From a virus, in IMG/VR virus record IMGVR_UViG_3300044695_004134, positions 102,194 to 166,193 of that record: 64,000 nucleotides of DNA. One strand, given 5' to 3'. The notes beneath the pieces were generated by a model. It had not been told where the DNA came from and ran no database searches. It worked only from the letters and a program-made list of their open reading frames with translations. Of this stretch, positions 9,056-18,746 are shown piece by piece. Within the stretch, counting starts at the first letter, position 1; each line of letters opens with the position of its first letter. The translations under genes and the position numbers were made by a program.

Positions 9056-10084
9056 TTAGTCCTTTTTAGCGGCCTTCGTTGCTGTTGCATAAATTACAGA
9101 TTTCGCATCTTTACCGTAACGCTCTTTGAAACCTGCAAGAGATTTTTTCATCCCCTTAACGATACGTTCTTTTTCACCAGTTTCACCTTTAGTTAGAGTG
9201 CGTTCATCAACTTGTTCAACTTCTTCTTTGTTTAGACGAGCAACAGCACGATGTATTCCTTGATTTCTAACTTTCATCTTATGTTTAAATGGCGCTCTAG
9301 CTGCGGTCACTGCATCAGCGGCTGTCTTTAAACCTGCTTGTACTGCATCATGTTTACGTAAAGGATTTTTATTTCTACCTTTTAATGGGTCAAAACCTCC
9401 CGTACCAGAGTTGGTTTTTGCCATTGCTGTTCTTAAAGCAGAATGTACACCCGTGAAGTTTTGGTCATGCTGAAAGTTTTTAGAAAAATCTTTATTAGCA
9501 GCATCCTTGTAACGCTTAAGAGTGTTTTTGCTTAGTTCATCAAGCTGTTCATATTCTTCAGTTTGCATAAAGTTTTCGATATCTTCCGCAGTAAATTCAA
9601 GTTCATCAACTTCTTCCTTAACGTTACCTGCAACGTCTATCATCACTTTCTTTGGAGCAAATGGATTAGAAGTTTTACCTTTAACACGACCAGCGAGTGT
9701 ATCTGTCGTTACTTTATCAGGATCAATTTCTTCTTTTTTCACTGGTTCATCATCTTTAACAGGCTTCCTGCTATAAACAGTTCCTGTGGAGATTTTTTTA
9801 GAATCAAATCCAGCTTTTTCACCCGGTTTGGTAGGAATCTGACTCTTGTAATTTTTATAGTCGAAAGGATTGTTCGCTTCTTCTACACTTTCTTCTTTCA
9901 TTGGCTTCTTTTCACCACGAAGAATTTTGAAGTCGTGAGCATCAATCTTATTATTCTTATTTTTATCAATCTTGTGTTGATTGCCCTTGAGTGCTTCCAT
10001 CTTAGCCTTAAAATCGGCTTCATTGATATCTTTGATGAGGTCAGCAACAACATCGGTTTGGGTGAATACGTTTTTGTTGAACAT
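9056..10084 (-). CDS. Modular internal head protein
   Basis: EQLDELSKNTLKRYKDAA module shared with the neighbouring gene; many xxE linkers. Confidence 0.55.
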   Translation of the reverse strand: MFNKNVFTQTDVVADLIKDINEADFKAKMEALKGNQHKIDKNKNNKIDAHDFKILRGEKKPMKEESVEEANNPFDYKNYKSQIPTKPGEKAGFDSKKISTGTVYSRKPVKDDEPVKKEEIDPDKVTTDTLAGRVKGKTSNPFAPKKVMIDVAGNVKEEVDELEFTAEDIENFMQTEEYEQLDELSKNTLKRYKDAANKDFSKNFQHDQNFTGVHSALRTAMAKTNSGTGGFDPLKGRNKNPLRKHDAVQAGLKTAADAVTAARAPFKHKMKVRNQGIHRAVARLNKEEVEQVDERTLTKGETGEKERIVKGMKKSLAGFKERYGKDAKSVIYATATKAAKKD

Positions 10085-10100
10085 TTGTGTCTCCGTTAAA

Positions 10101-10394
10101 TTAGCAGTTCCATTTGCGTAGTGATAATGCTTTTCTAGTTGGTCTACCTTTTTCGTCCTTCATTGGACCTGGCATTCCACCCATTCTAGCACAGAATGAT
10201 TTTCTTCTATTGGCAGCTTTGCTTCCGGGTTTTAATTTGGAAGGTGGCGTAGTTACAGCCATCGATAACTTAGAACCTGGATTTTCTCTACGATAGGAAG
10301 CAATACCCTTCTGGTTCAAACCACCTTCTGGGTTTTTACCTTCTTTGCGCTTCCAAGCGGCAGATTCTTCTAGAAATTTTTTGAAACTTATCAT
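10101..10394 (-). CDS. Small basic protein with capsid-targeting-like N-terminus
   Basis: MISFKKFLEE; AWKRKEGKNPEGGLN...RRKSFCARM...SLRKWNC. Confidence 0.65.
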   Translation of the reverse strand: MISFKKFLEESAAWKRKEGKNPEGGLNQKGIASYRRENPGSKLSMAVTTPPSKLKPGSKAANRRKSFCARMGGMPGPMKDEKGRPTRKALSLRKWNC

Positions 10395-12304
10395 TTCTTT
10401 TTCTTCTTTGTTGGAGGATTAACGGGTATCTTATTCAGAGTATCCATTGGTTCTTTATTCGATGGTCCGTAATAGCCACCGGTGACTCCCATTTCTGTGC
10501 TAGGAGAATCAATTGATTCTTTTCTAAACTTATTGAAAGATTTGCGTGTCACCTCTGCGGTACTATCATATTTATGTTCAGTCTGTTCTCTATATGTCAC
10601 TTGACCAAGACCAGCCATTGGATAAACTGTACCAGAACCACGTGTATCATATTCGGGAGATACACCTGCCACCTTTAAGACTTTGCCTGCTTCGGCGTTT
10701 GAGGTTTTCTGCCTCTTGGATTTTTGTTTGTCTGCGTCTTGCTGGAAGCGGGGTTCTTTTGCTGGACCTTTGGTGGTGATGGTTGGGCTACTGCTTTCGT
10801 AGGTTCTGAAGGTGTAGCTGGAGTTTGAGGTAATTCCTCCGTCTTTAATGTCGTCTGGCTTACCTTGTCTTCTGACAAGTTCGCAACTTGGACAGATGTT
10901 GTCGGCAAGTCTGTAGCGTTTGTAAGAACCGCTTTTTTGGTCGGACCGTCCAGAGGATGTGGCTTTGTCTCCACAGGTGCAACTTGGTCCTTCGGCAAGA
11001 ACAGCTTTGCTATTTGTTTTAGTTTCTGAAACATATTTTTTGTATCCCTTTTCTAATGTAGGTTTTGTTATAAAGTTTTCAAACATCTTATTGATGTTGT
11101 GTTTTTTGTGCCTAACCCTCCAAGATTCGGCGATTTCATTCTCAACGGGGGTATCAAAGAACCAGTTAGTCATTTCATATATGATAGAAATGTCTTCCTC
11201 TTTCTCTGACGTTTCAATTTCATTTGCTTCATTCAAGTCGATAGAGTTGTCAAACTCCAAATACTTTCTGAATTCCTGATTGAATTTCTCTGCAACAAGT
11301 TGTGTTACTTCCCATCTTTCTTGGCGAACAGATTCAGCCATCATTCTTTCATGGCCCTCGTTACGCTTTCTTGATGATTCATTTGTTGTGTTAACAAAAA
11401 CCATCATAGTTTCGTAGCCGAGTTCTTCGAGTTCTTCACGAATGGCAATAATGTTGTATTGTTCGTTTGTTGTACCAGTGATAATCAAAGGCTGACGCTG
11501 GCGGATTGCTTCACGGCGAGTGTCACGTGAAAACTCATAGAGTTTATGTTTGTCGTTGAGAATTGATATTGCTGTCGTTGAAGTAATTTCAACTGCATTT
11601 TGTTCAGCAATAGCTTCACGTATAACAATATCTTTGCCTGAACCTGGACCACCAGAAATAAAAATAGCTTTGAACATTCCGTGGTTCACGTTTTCGTGTA
11701 TACCCATACCTTTGCGAACATCACGGAATAATTCTTTGGCATGTTTCTCTTGCACATGTGGTGGAATACCCTGACGGAAAGAAGCAAAATCACCACTGTT
11801 TGCATGTTCACGCATTTTCGATGCTGACATACCTTCTGCACCCTCGGCATCGGGGTCACGGTGACCGGCAGACTTTACCTCAATCTTTTTGAAGTTGTAA
11901 AGTTTACCTGGACCCTCACCATTGTATTGGTGGAGTTTCTTTTCATATTCCGGAATACGGTCTGAGCCTGCAACCATTACTAAATGGTCATGACCCATAG
12001 CATGTAGTCTAGCCGCATGTTGCAAGAATGTTGGCATTTCTTTGCTGGAAGATTCGATGTTAGCACCAGGAAAGAAACGTTTTGCGTGTAGCAATTTACG
12101 TTTAACGTCTAATGGATTCTTCTTAGCATCCACAGAATGTGAAATAACAACATGGTGAGGTGCATTATAATCGTGTGCGATTTCTTGAACACGGTTAACC
12201 AACTTTTCGTGACCAATAGTTGGTGGATTCATACGTCCAAAAGCCATAACAACAGGCTTGTTTGTTTGCATGTCTTCTTCTATTTTTTGTAAAAACTTTT
12301 TCAT
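10391..12304 (-). CDS. HIGH-family nucleotidyl(cytidylyl)transferase fused to a P-loop kinase-like domain
   Basis: FGRMNPPTIGH, VAGSDR, MSASKMR; then FKAIFISGGPGSGKD. Confidence 0.8.
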   Translation of the reverse strand: MKKFLQKIEEDMQTNKPVVMAFGRMNPPTIGHEKLVNRVQEIAHDYNAPHHVVISHSVDAKKNPLDVKRKLLHAKRFFPGANIESSSKEMPTFLQHAARLHAMGHDHLVMVAGSDRIPEYEKKLHQYNGEGPGKLYNFKKIEVKSAGHRDPDAEGAEGMSASKMREHANSGDFASFRQGIPPHVQEKHAKELFRDVRKGMGIHENVNHGMFKAIFISGGPGSGKDIVIREAIAEQNAVEITSTTAISILNDKHKLYEFSRDTRREAIRQRQPLIITGTTNEQYNIIAIREELEELGYETMMVFVNTTNESSRKRNEGHERMMAESVRQERWEVTQLVAEKFNQEFRKYLEFDNSIDLNEANEIETSEKEEDISIIYEMTNWFFDTPVENEIAESWRVRHKKHNINKMFENFITKPTLEKGYKKYVSETKTNSKAVLAEGPSCTCGDKATSSGRSDQKSGSYKRYRLADNICPSCELVRRQGKPDDIKDGGITSNSSYTFRTYESSSPTITTKGPAKEPRFQQDADKQKSKRQKTSNAEAGKVLKVAGVSPEYDTRGSGTVYPMAGLGQVTYREQTEHKYDSTAEVTRKSFNKFRKESIDSPSTEMGVTGGYYGPSNKEPMDTLNKIPVNPPTKKKKK

Positions 12305-13497
12305 ATGTTTCTGATTCCTGCAAAGTTTCTACGGGAAAATTCTGCACGATTAACAAATTTATCTGATTCTTTTCCATGATGAAAGACATAACCTTCTGGA
12401 TTAGCCGCTTCACCACCATGTTCATGTTGAAACTCTTGGTGCTGATTCATTACATTAATGAGCACATTTTTTGCTTTCTGTAAATGCTGGTGCATCTTAA
12501 ACAAATTATTGTAGTGTTTTCGGTTTCGGTCAACTTTACCCAATTCATCTTTTAAATCATTTTGTTTAGAAGTTCGGTTCTTTTCAACTTTCAGCTTGTC
12601 GATTTCTTTATTCTTCTTATTTTCTAACCAATTGGAAAAATTCTGATGGTTTGGCGTTTCACCTGTACGAACAGTGTGGTTCATATAAGTTTCTAAGTGG
12701 CCACCGGCACCGTGATGTGTTGATGTTCCTGCATACATGTCCGAACCATGTGTATCATGCACAGATTGTGCGGCCGCAATGTGTTTGTTGAATTCAGCAC
12801 GATCTTTAGGACCGAAATGTACTTTTGATGTATCCATTCTAGGATCAACCGAGAATACATCAGAGTGTGGTTTGAAATTTTCATGGTCAACTTCATGTGA
12901 AGCATTCAGGCTTCCCGCATCTTTACCTGTATATGAAAGGTGTGTAACAACACCAATCTTTGCTTTTTTAACTGAGTCACCATGTGTTCCATGTGCAGTA
13001 TAGGTCAAGCCGGATGGATTTGGATGAAAAGAAACACCACCACTCTTTGTTGGCGTTTTATCTTCGTGTGAGAACATCATGTCACCTTGATATACACCTT
13101 TTTTAGGTGCAACTTTGGGTAAATGCTTTAGTGCATCTCCTAATTTCTTTACTAAACCAGGTGCGTGTCCGTGGTTTTTTTCGATATCAGCAGATGTGTA
13201 ATTAATTTTTGGTGTCTTATTGAATGCTGATTTTGATGCTACAAAAAACTTACCTGTCTCTGGGTGATGGCCATACACAATAGCAGGAGAACCATCATAC
13301 TTTGTTGTAAGTTCGGAAGTTTTTTTACCCTGCTGTATATGTTGCGCGGCCGCAGTTAATGAAACGATAGCATGTTTAGCACCACTCTCTCCGTTCTGGA
13401 GTGGGCGATCTTCTATGTGCGTAAGATGTTTAATCTGACGGCTTGCTCCTTCTTCAGGATCTTCTTGCTCTTTTAAAAATATATTAAATGTTTTCAT
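12301..13497 (-). CDS. DUF6267-like protein with ligase/nucleotidyltransferase motifs
   Basis: HLTHIED, TTKYDGSPA (KxDG), PEGYV, KFVNRAEFSRRNF; CTS-like N-terminus. Confidence 0.7.
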   Translation of the reverse strand: MKTFNIFLKEQEDPEEGASRQIKHLTHIEDRPLQNGESGAKHAIVSLTAAAQHIQQGKKTSELTTKYDGSPAIVYGHHPETGKFFVASKSAFNKTPKINYTSADIEKNHGHAPGLVKKLGDALKHLPKVAPKKGVYQGDMMFSHEDKTPTKSGGVSFHPNPSGLTYTAHGTHGDSVKKAKIGVVTHLSYTGKDAGSLNASHEVDHENFKPHSDVFSVDPRMDTSKVHFGPKDRAEFNKHIAAAQSVHDTHGSDMYAGTSTHHGAGGHLETYMNHTVRTGETPNHQNFSNWLENKKNKEIDKLKVEKNRTSKQNDLKDELGKVDRNRKHYNNLFKMHQHLQKAKNVLINVMNQHQEFQHEHGGEAANPEGYVFHHGKESDKFVNRAEFSRRNFAGIRNI

Positions 13498-13498
13498 A

Positions 13499-14836
13499 TT
13501 AGTGAACTTTGGCTGGAATTACGTTCCAACCATGTACGTCCGATTTGAATGCATTGCTTTTAGTTTTAGGTGAATAGTGTGCTAAGGTGGTCAAACTTCC
13601 GTCTTTTTCAACCTTATGTATGCTCACTCTATCACCATGTTGTGTGGCGGCATATTTCGAATTTTTATTTTTAAACACTCTATTCAGAGGTGATTCACTT
13701 CCTGAAGTAACAGTTGCATGTACTTTAGTTAAAGTGTCACCTTTAGCATGTATTTTTGACCAAGGCATACTTGTTGTTGGAGTCAAATGATTCTGCAACA
13801 TTTTTCCAATCATATTATGACCTTCTTGACCAATATTATTTATTAAATGTGATAGGTGGTCATGAAATTCCGATGAAATTTTTGTTTTAACTGGTTTTGC
13901 TTTTTCGTTTGCCGTGGATTCCAAATCTGTCATTTTTTGATCGGATTTCTTTTTCTTCCTTTCAACGTCTAGTATTCTTGATCTATTGGCCGCAGAAATA
14001 TCACCATAACCCATGGCCTTATGTACTTTTCGTAATCCATCTCTGGAAACTTTTTCCGAATCAAGCACCCTGGTTTCGTGGTGTAAAATACCCTTCATAT
14101 CAATAGCAGGATTCTTCGCTGTGATAGCACTAGATTTACTTGACGATTTTAACGAAAAACCTTCATAGTGTGAATCATCAGGTGTTCTGGCGAGTGAAGA
14201 ATTTTTAACTTCAACTGCAATGTCTGATGGATTTTCTTGCGAGTCGTTATGTTTACCTTTAGTGAAACGTCCAATATCACCAAGTTTTGATGTGTGGCCA
14301 ACATCAGTGATCTTTGCATCAGGACCATGTTTTAACATTATTGCTTCTAAGGCGGCACTAGCCATCTCTTGGCCATGTCGTTTTCTAATACCAACTTGCT
14401 GTGCATTTTTTCCCACGGCTAGTTTACGAATAGCTTCTTCGTGTGGTTGAGTTTCTTTATAATGTTCATCAGTTCCATATGTACCCAAATCTTTATGTTT
14501 GTGGCCTAACATATGAATGGCAGCAGAGTATTCTGAGATTTTTCCTGCGGAATCTGGTGTCAATCCAGCTTCTTCATGTAAAGATTCGGAATCGTAACCC
14601 GCTTTTTCTAAGTCCGACTTTGATGGTGTATCTGATCCATTCGACCAGTGTACGAGTTTGGTTACCTGATTTAAATCTTTATTAAAAAATACCGCGTGTT
14701 TGCCGCGGACATTATTAAACACATGAACATTAATATCATGACCATCTGAAGTTTTATAGGAATGGTGTGGCTTTAGTGCCGAGTATTTGTGGTCTTCACC
14801 GAAACTTTCATTAAGCCAGTGTCTAAAGGGTTTCAT
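13499..14836 (-). CDS. Hypothetical capsid-targeted protein, possible PD-(D/E)xK fold
   Basis: MKPFRHWLNE; NPSDIAV...GFSLK. Confidence 0.5.
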   Translation of the reverse strand: MKPFRHWLNESFGEDHKYSALKPHHSYKTSDGHDINVHVFNNVRGKHAVFFNKDLNQVTKLVHWSNGSDTPSKSDLEKAGYDSESLHEEAGLTPDSAGKISEYSAAIHMLGHKHKDLGTYGTDEHYKETQPHEEAIRKLAVGKNAQQVGIRKRHGQEMASAALEAIMLKHGPDAKITDVGHTSKLGDIGRFTKGKHNDSQENPSDIAVEVKNSSLARTPDDSHYEGFSLKSSSKSSAITAKNPAIDMKGILHHETRVLDSEKVSRDGLRKVHKAMGYGDISAANRSRILDVERKKKKSDQKMTDLESTANEKAKPVKTKISSEFHDHLSHLINNIGQEGHNMIGKMLQNHLTPTTSMPWSKIHAKGDTLTKVHATVTSGSESPLNRVFKNKNSKYAATQHGDRVSIHKVEKDGSLTTLAHYSPKTKSNAFKSDVHGWNVIPAKVH

Positions 14837-14890
14837 TTATTACTCTCCGAGATGCGACTGTCAACACACTTTGGTCAACTCTTTACTTAT

Positions 14891-15616
14891 TTAGTAACCC
14901 CAAATCTTAATATCCACCCATTTATCCATATCTTCTCTAATCAAGGAATGCTTTCCAATGTTAAATTTACCATCCGTAAAAGGGTGGTCAATATCAATAC
15001 GTTCAACTGGTATAGAATTTCTTAGTAGTTGCTCATGTAGCATTTCGTGGCCACAAAGAGGAACACCGAGGCGCCTCAAATTTAAATATGTTGAAGCGTA
15101 AACATTCATTGTGTCTGGATCAGCAATGGCAAATTGGTCATTCAATAATGGATTAGGTCCATCAGTGTCTTTCGATATATACACTTTGCCTTTTTCCAGA
15201 GAAGAAAAGTCTATGACTTTATTGAGTGCTAGGTCAAACCTACTTCGTATAACAAAGTCATATTTTACATCATTTAAAACTTGATGGCGAATTCTCAGGT
15301 CGTTTGCTTTATAAATTGAATAAAACATTGACGTACAGAAATTAGCTGGATGTGAAGCATTCGGAACAAACATGTCGGAGTTTGTTGTTGCCGGTAATGG
15401 CATATCGTATGCCAGATATATTGGATCGTAGATGAAATTTATATCTTCATACATCTTCATCTGGATTATACCACCCTGTGGTTTCCATGTATGGCAGAAA
15501 ACATCTACATTGTAAATATCTAAAAGATTTCTCTTAATGTAGTTTTTTGCTTGAAATAAACTTCTAGCTTGTCCCGACAGACACAGTGCTAGTTTCAGAG
15601 ATGAATTTTTCGACAT
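14891..15616 (-). CDS. Putative glycosyltransferase-like protein (paralog 1)
   Basis: ALCLSGQAR, DVFCHTW, YDFVIRSRFD, NDQFAI. Confidence 0.6.
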   Translation of the reverse strand: MSKNSSLKLALCLSGQARSLFQAKNYIKRNLLDIYNVDVFCHTWKPQGGIIQMKMYEDINFIYDPIYLAYDMPLPATTNSDMFVPNASHPANFCTSMFYSIYKANDLRIRHQVLNDVKYDFVIRSRFDLALNKVIDFSSLEKGKVYISKDTDGPNPLLNDQFAIADPDTMNVYASTYLNLRRLGVPLCGHEMLHEQLLRNSIPVERIDIDHPFTDGKFNIGKHSLIREDMDKWVDIKIWGY

Positions 15617-16043
15617 AATCAGTACAGACTCCAATAAGGTTTCGACCCTTTATATATTCCCAATAGGAAGGACACCTTTCAGGCATGACCGCAACTGATT
15701 TGCTTGTTAATTTTTTTCCGGGATATGTCCAAATAACATCATTTGATGTTAGTGTGAAATCATCTTCTTGGTGCCAAAAATAAACATACTTGAATGGTCT
15801 ACCAATTAATTCGTGTAGTGCATCTAAGTTTTTACAGTGTAGCCAAAGGCCTTGTTTGCCGATGAATTCTTCTTTGACCATATATTGTGGCTCATCATGC
15901 CCCAGCCACCACTGGTCTTTTATCCACCAAAGATCAATCTCACAGTCATATCCTTTTTCCAACGCCAATAGGATTTGACTGGGACGATTTTCTTTTCCTT
16001 TGTCGGGTCCTTCAAATAGACCACGATGTGCAATCATTTTCAT
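15564..16043 (-). CDS. Glycerophosphodiester phosphodiesterase-like protein
   Basis: IAHRG, CEIDLW, LGHD, WLHCKN, GVCTDY. Confidence 0.8.
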   Translation of the reverse strand: MKMIAHRGLFEGPDKGKENRPSQILLALEKGYDCEIDLWWIKDQWWLGHDEPQYMVKEEFIGKQGLWLHCKNLDALHELIGRPFKYVYFWHQEDDFTLTSNDVIWTYPGKKLTSKSVAVMPERCPSYWEYIKGRNLIGVCTDYVEKFISETSTVSVGTS

Positions 16044-16753
16044 TGATAGAGACTCTTGTGTTTGTATTCACCAAGTGGTGTATGCATAATCGTTTTGTTA
16101 ATCATAAATTCTTCCCATGGCAATCCAAGTCTGCGGATGAATTGTTCAGAGATAACATGTGGACACAAAAGACCGGTTTCATTATAAACTTGTGGTAAGA
16201 AATGCAACACTTTTGAAAATAGACACATTGAGAAGAAATTACCAACTTGAATCATGTCAGATGTTCCCTGACCCATATGGTTTCTATAGCCGAGTGTATA
16301 GAATTTTTGTGGATTGAAATCTGGTAATGGTTCATTGAAAGTTAAATCTGGACGCATACGAATGACTAAATCATATTGCTTACCAGTTTTAAACATATGG
16401 TCTTCAAGCATTAACATACCTGATCCAAGTTTATACAACATGGAGACAATGTTCTTGGGTACATGATAAAAGTTTTTATAAAACTCGGCACGTTTAGCAA
16501 AGTCTTCTTTGTGGTCATTATAATCTTCAACAATGAAATCGATGGGTTTGTATGTTTCAATGATTGCTTCATTATCAATCATTGGTGCATCATCAACAAT
16601 TCCAGCTTCGCTGTGTGGGTCCCAGTATGCTTCATCGCCCCATGTGTGTATGAAAATATCTGGATTATATCTGTCAACGATATGTTCTTTAAAATTGGGA
16701 TAAACTTGTTCCCAACAACGCATGTGACCTGTCAATACTACTGCTACGTTCAT
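16040..16753 (-). CDS. Putative glycosyltransferase-like protein (paralog 2)
   Basis: AVVLTGHMR, DIFIHTW, YDLVIRMRPD. Confidence 0.6.
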   Translation of the reverse strand: MNVAVVLTGHMRCWEQVYPNFKEHIVDRYNPDIFIHTWGDEAYWDPHSEAGIVDDAPMIDNEAIIETYKPIDFIVEDYNDHKEDFAKRAEFYKNFYHVPKNIVSMLYKLGSGMLMLEDHMFKTGKQYDLVIRMRPDLTFNEPLPDFNPQKFYTLGYRNHMGQGTSDMIQVGNFFSMCLFSKVLHFLPQVYNETGLLCPHVISEQFIRRLGLPWEEFMINKTIMHTPLGEYKHKSLYQ

Positions 16754-17361
16754 GTTTTCCTCACGAAATATAAATTATCTTCATTCACTTGTGACGTAAT
16801 TTTATCAATCACAAATCCATTCTGTTCCAAAAAGTCAAGTGCTTCCTGTTTGGTGTGTTGTCCTTTATATAGACTAACTTCCTCTGACTGTGGAACTTCA
16901 ACAACACCAGATTGTACCATCGATATTTTTTCACCAAGGCCTTTGAGTACAGCTAAGTCTGAACCTTGTGCATCAATATGTAAGTGGTCGATACAAGTAA
17001 TTTCGGATGCAAAAATTGTTAACCAAGTATCAAGCCTATAAACATTAATTTTCTTTGAGCCACGTACAACAAAGTCTGTGCGACCCGGCCATGTTTCGGA
17101 TAAATTGTCTGAAAAATCATTAAGTGATGCTGAACCAGTGTCACCTTCAACCATATGGAAATCTGCTTCACCATCAAAATCGGAGATAGCTTGTTCGTAA
17201 ACATGATAACGGTCTTTCATGTTTCTCGCTTCTGCCGCAATACGTAGCAGTCTAGCAAGTTCAGGTGTAGGTTCAAACGCATAACAAATAACATTTGGAT
17301 TATGCTGTGTCACATTAAGCGAGTCTTGGCCGTGATGGGCACCAACATCAAATAAAATCAT
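16750..17361 (-). CDS. FkbM-family methyltransferase
   Basis: FDVGAHHG, YAFEP, LHIDAQGSDLAVLKG. Confidence 0.9.
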   Translation of the reverse strand: MILFDVGAHHGQDSLNVTQHNPNVICYAFEPTPELARLLRIAAEARNMKDRYHVYEQAISDFDGEADFHMVEGDTGSASLNDFSDNLSETWPGRTDFVVRGSKKINVYRLDTWLTIFASEITCIDHLHIDAQGSDLAVLKGLGEKISMVQSGVVEVPQSEEVSLYKGQHTKQEALDFLEQNGFVIDKITSQVNEDNLYFVRKT

Positions 17362-17363
17362 TT

Positions 17364-18746
17364 TTACTCCTTGTGATTGTCCAAGAAGTAATTCAGGTCT
17401 TCAGGTGTACCGATACCCCACATCTTCTCAATATTTTTAACACGAATCTTTTTACCATCACCGATTGCCTCATTGAACACGGGGCAAGTATAGAATTCAC
17501 CGTTGGTTCGAATGTTCTTAGAAATCATTTGTTCAGCATACTTAACATAGTCTGAACCGTGACGCCAGTAGTAGATACCAACTGTTGCTTCATCTGAAAT
17601 AACTTTCTTCTCTGCAACTTCGGATACAAAACCATTTTCATCAAGTTTTGCGTAGGACCATTTTGGATGTGTTGCTTTGAATGTTAGAATACCACCATCG
17701 ATAGAATCCGCTGAGAATGCATACATACATTCATTTGAGTTCCATTCAACGAATTGGTCTGAGTTTGCCATAACCAAAGGTGCATCATTGTCGATGTGTT
17801 CTTTAGCAAGCAAAGTCGTACAGGCGGCACCTTCCGTGATACCATCAACTTGCACAATCTTGCAACCAGGTGCAATTAGATTCAACAGGTACTTCAAATT
17901 ATATGTTTCATAATGATCCTTTTGGACCAAGAAAATATAGTTTGCTTCGATGTTCAAGTTTTCAACCACAACTTGAATCATCGGCTTACCACGGACTTCA
18001 ATGAGTGGTTTTGGGAAAGTGTAACCAGCTTGTGCGAAACGTGAACCAGCGCCAGCCATCGGAATCAAAACGTTCAATTTCTTGTCTCTCCATGGTAGAG
18101 ACTTTTTGCTTGTACCTTCAATTGTATTCATAAGGTCATAAATCCTTTGCATCATATGTTCAGAGTTAACTTCTTTTGCATTTTCGACCGCAAGCAAATG
18201 TGCTCCAGAATCTAATGCACCTTGGCGTCCAATATGACTATCTTCCACAATAATTGTACTTTTAGGAAGTGCATTTAGCGCAGTCATACATTTCCAGTAC
18301 ATTTCTGGATATGGCTTCGTGCGTGATACATCCTCATTACTGACAAAATAATCAACTTCATCCATCACACCAATACTTAGTAGAGATAATTTTACAGTTT
18401 CACGAATAGAGTTTGATGCAACTGCAATTTTATAACCACGTGCTTTAATCTGACGGAAGATAGTCTGTAGCAAATATTCTTTACAGAAGCCACGAACAAG
18501 ATTAAATGTTGCATCTTGTTTATCTTTCCAAACTTGGTCATATACGGATACAGGTAGACCTTTTTGCTCGGTCAGCATCTTCAGTTTTTTGGTCGTATTC
18601 AGACCATCATATTTACTGAGATGTTCCTCACGTGTGATTACGAATTCTTCACCGACTTTGCGTAGTGCATCATTCAACGCATCATAATGCAACTCACGTG
18701 AATCGATTAAGACACCATCAAGATCAAAAATAACCAATTTACTCAT
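17364..18746 (-). CDS. HAD phosphatase fused to a sugar-phosphate nucleotidyltransferase
   Basis: FDLDGVL, KPYPE, VEDS; then LIPMAGAGSRF...PKPLI...NGEFY...GIGTPEDL. Confidence 0.88.
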   Translation of the reverse strand: MSKLVIFDLDGVLIDSRELHYDALNDALRKVGEEFVITREEHLSKYDGLNTTKKLKMLTEQKGLPVSVYDQVWKDKQDATFNLVRGFCKEYLLQTIFRQIKARGYKIAVASNSIRETVKLSLLSIGVMDEVDYFVSNEDVSRTKPYPEMYWKCMTALNALPKSTIIVEDSHIGRQGALDSGAHLLAVENAKEVNSEHMMQRIYDLMNTIEGTSKKSLPWRDKKLNVLIPMAGAGSRFAQAGYTFPKPLIEVRGKPMIQVVVENLNIEANYIFLVQKDHYETYNLKYLLNLIAPGCKIVQVDGITEGAACTTLLAKEHIDNDAPLVMANSDQFVEWNSNECMYAFSADSIDGGILTFKATHPKWSYAKLDENGFVSEVAEKKVISDEATVGIYYWRHGSDYVKYAEQMISKNIRTNGEFYTCPVFNEAIGDGKKIRVKNIEKMWGIGTPEDLNYFLDNHKE

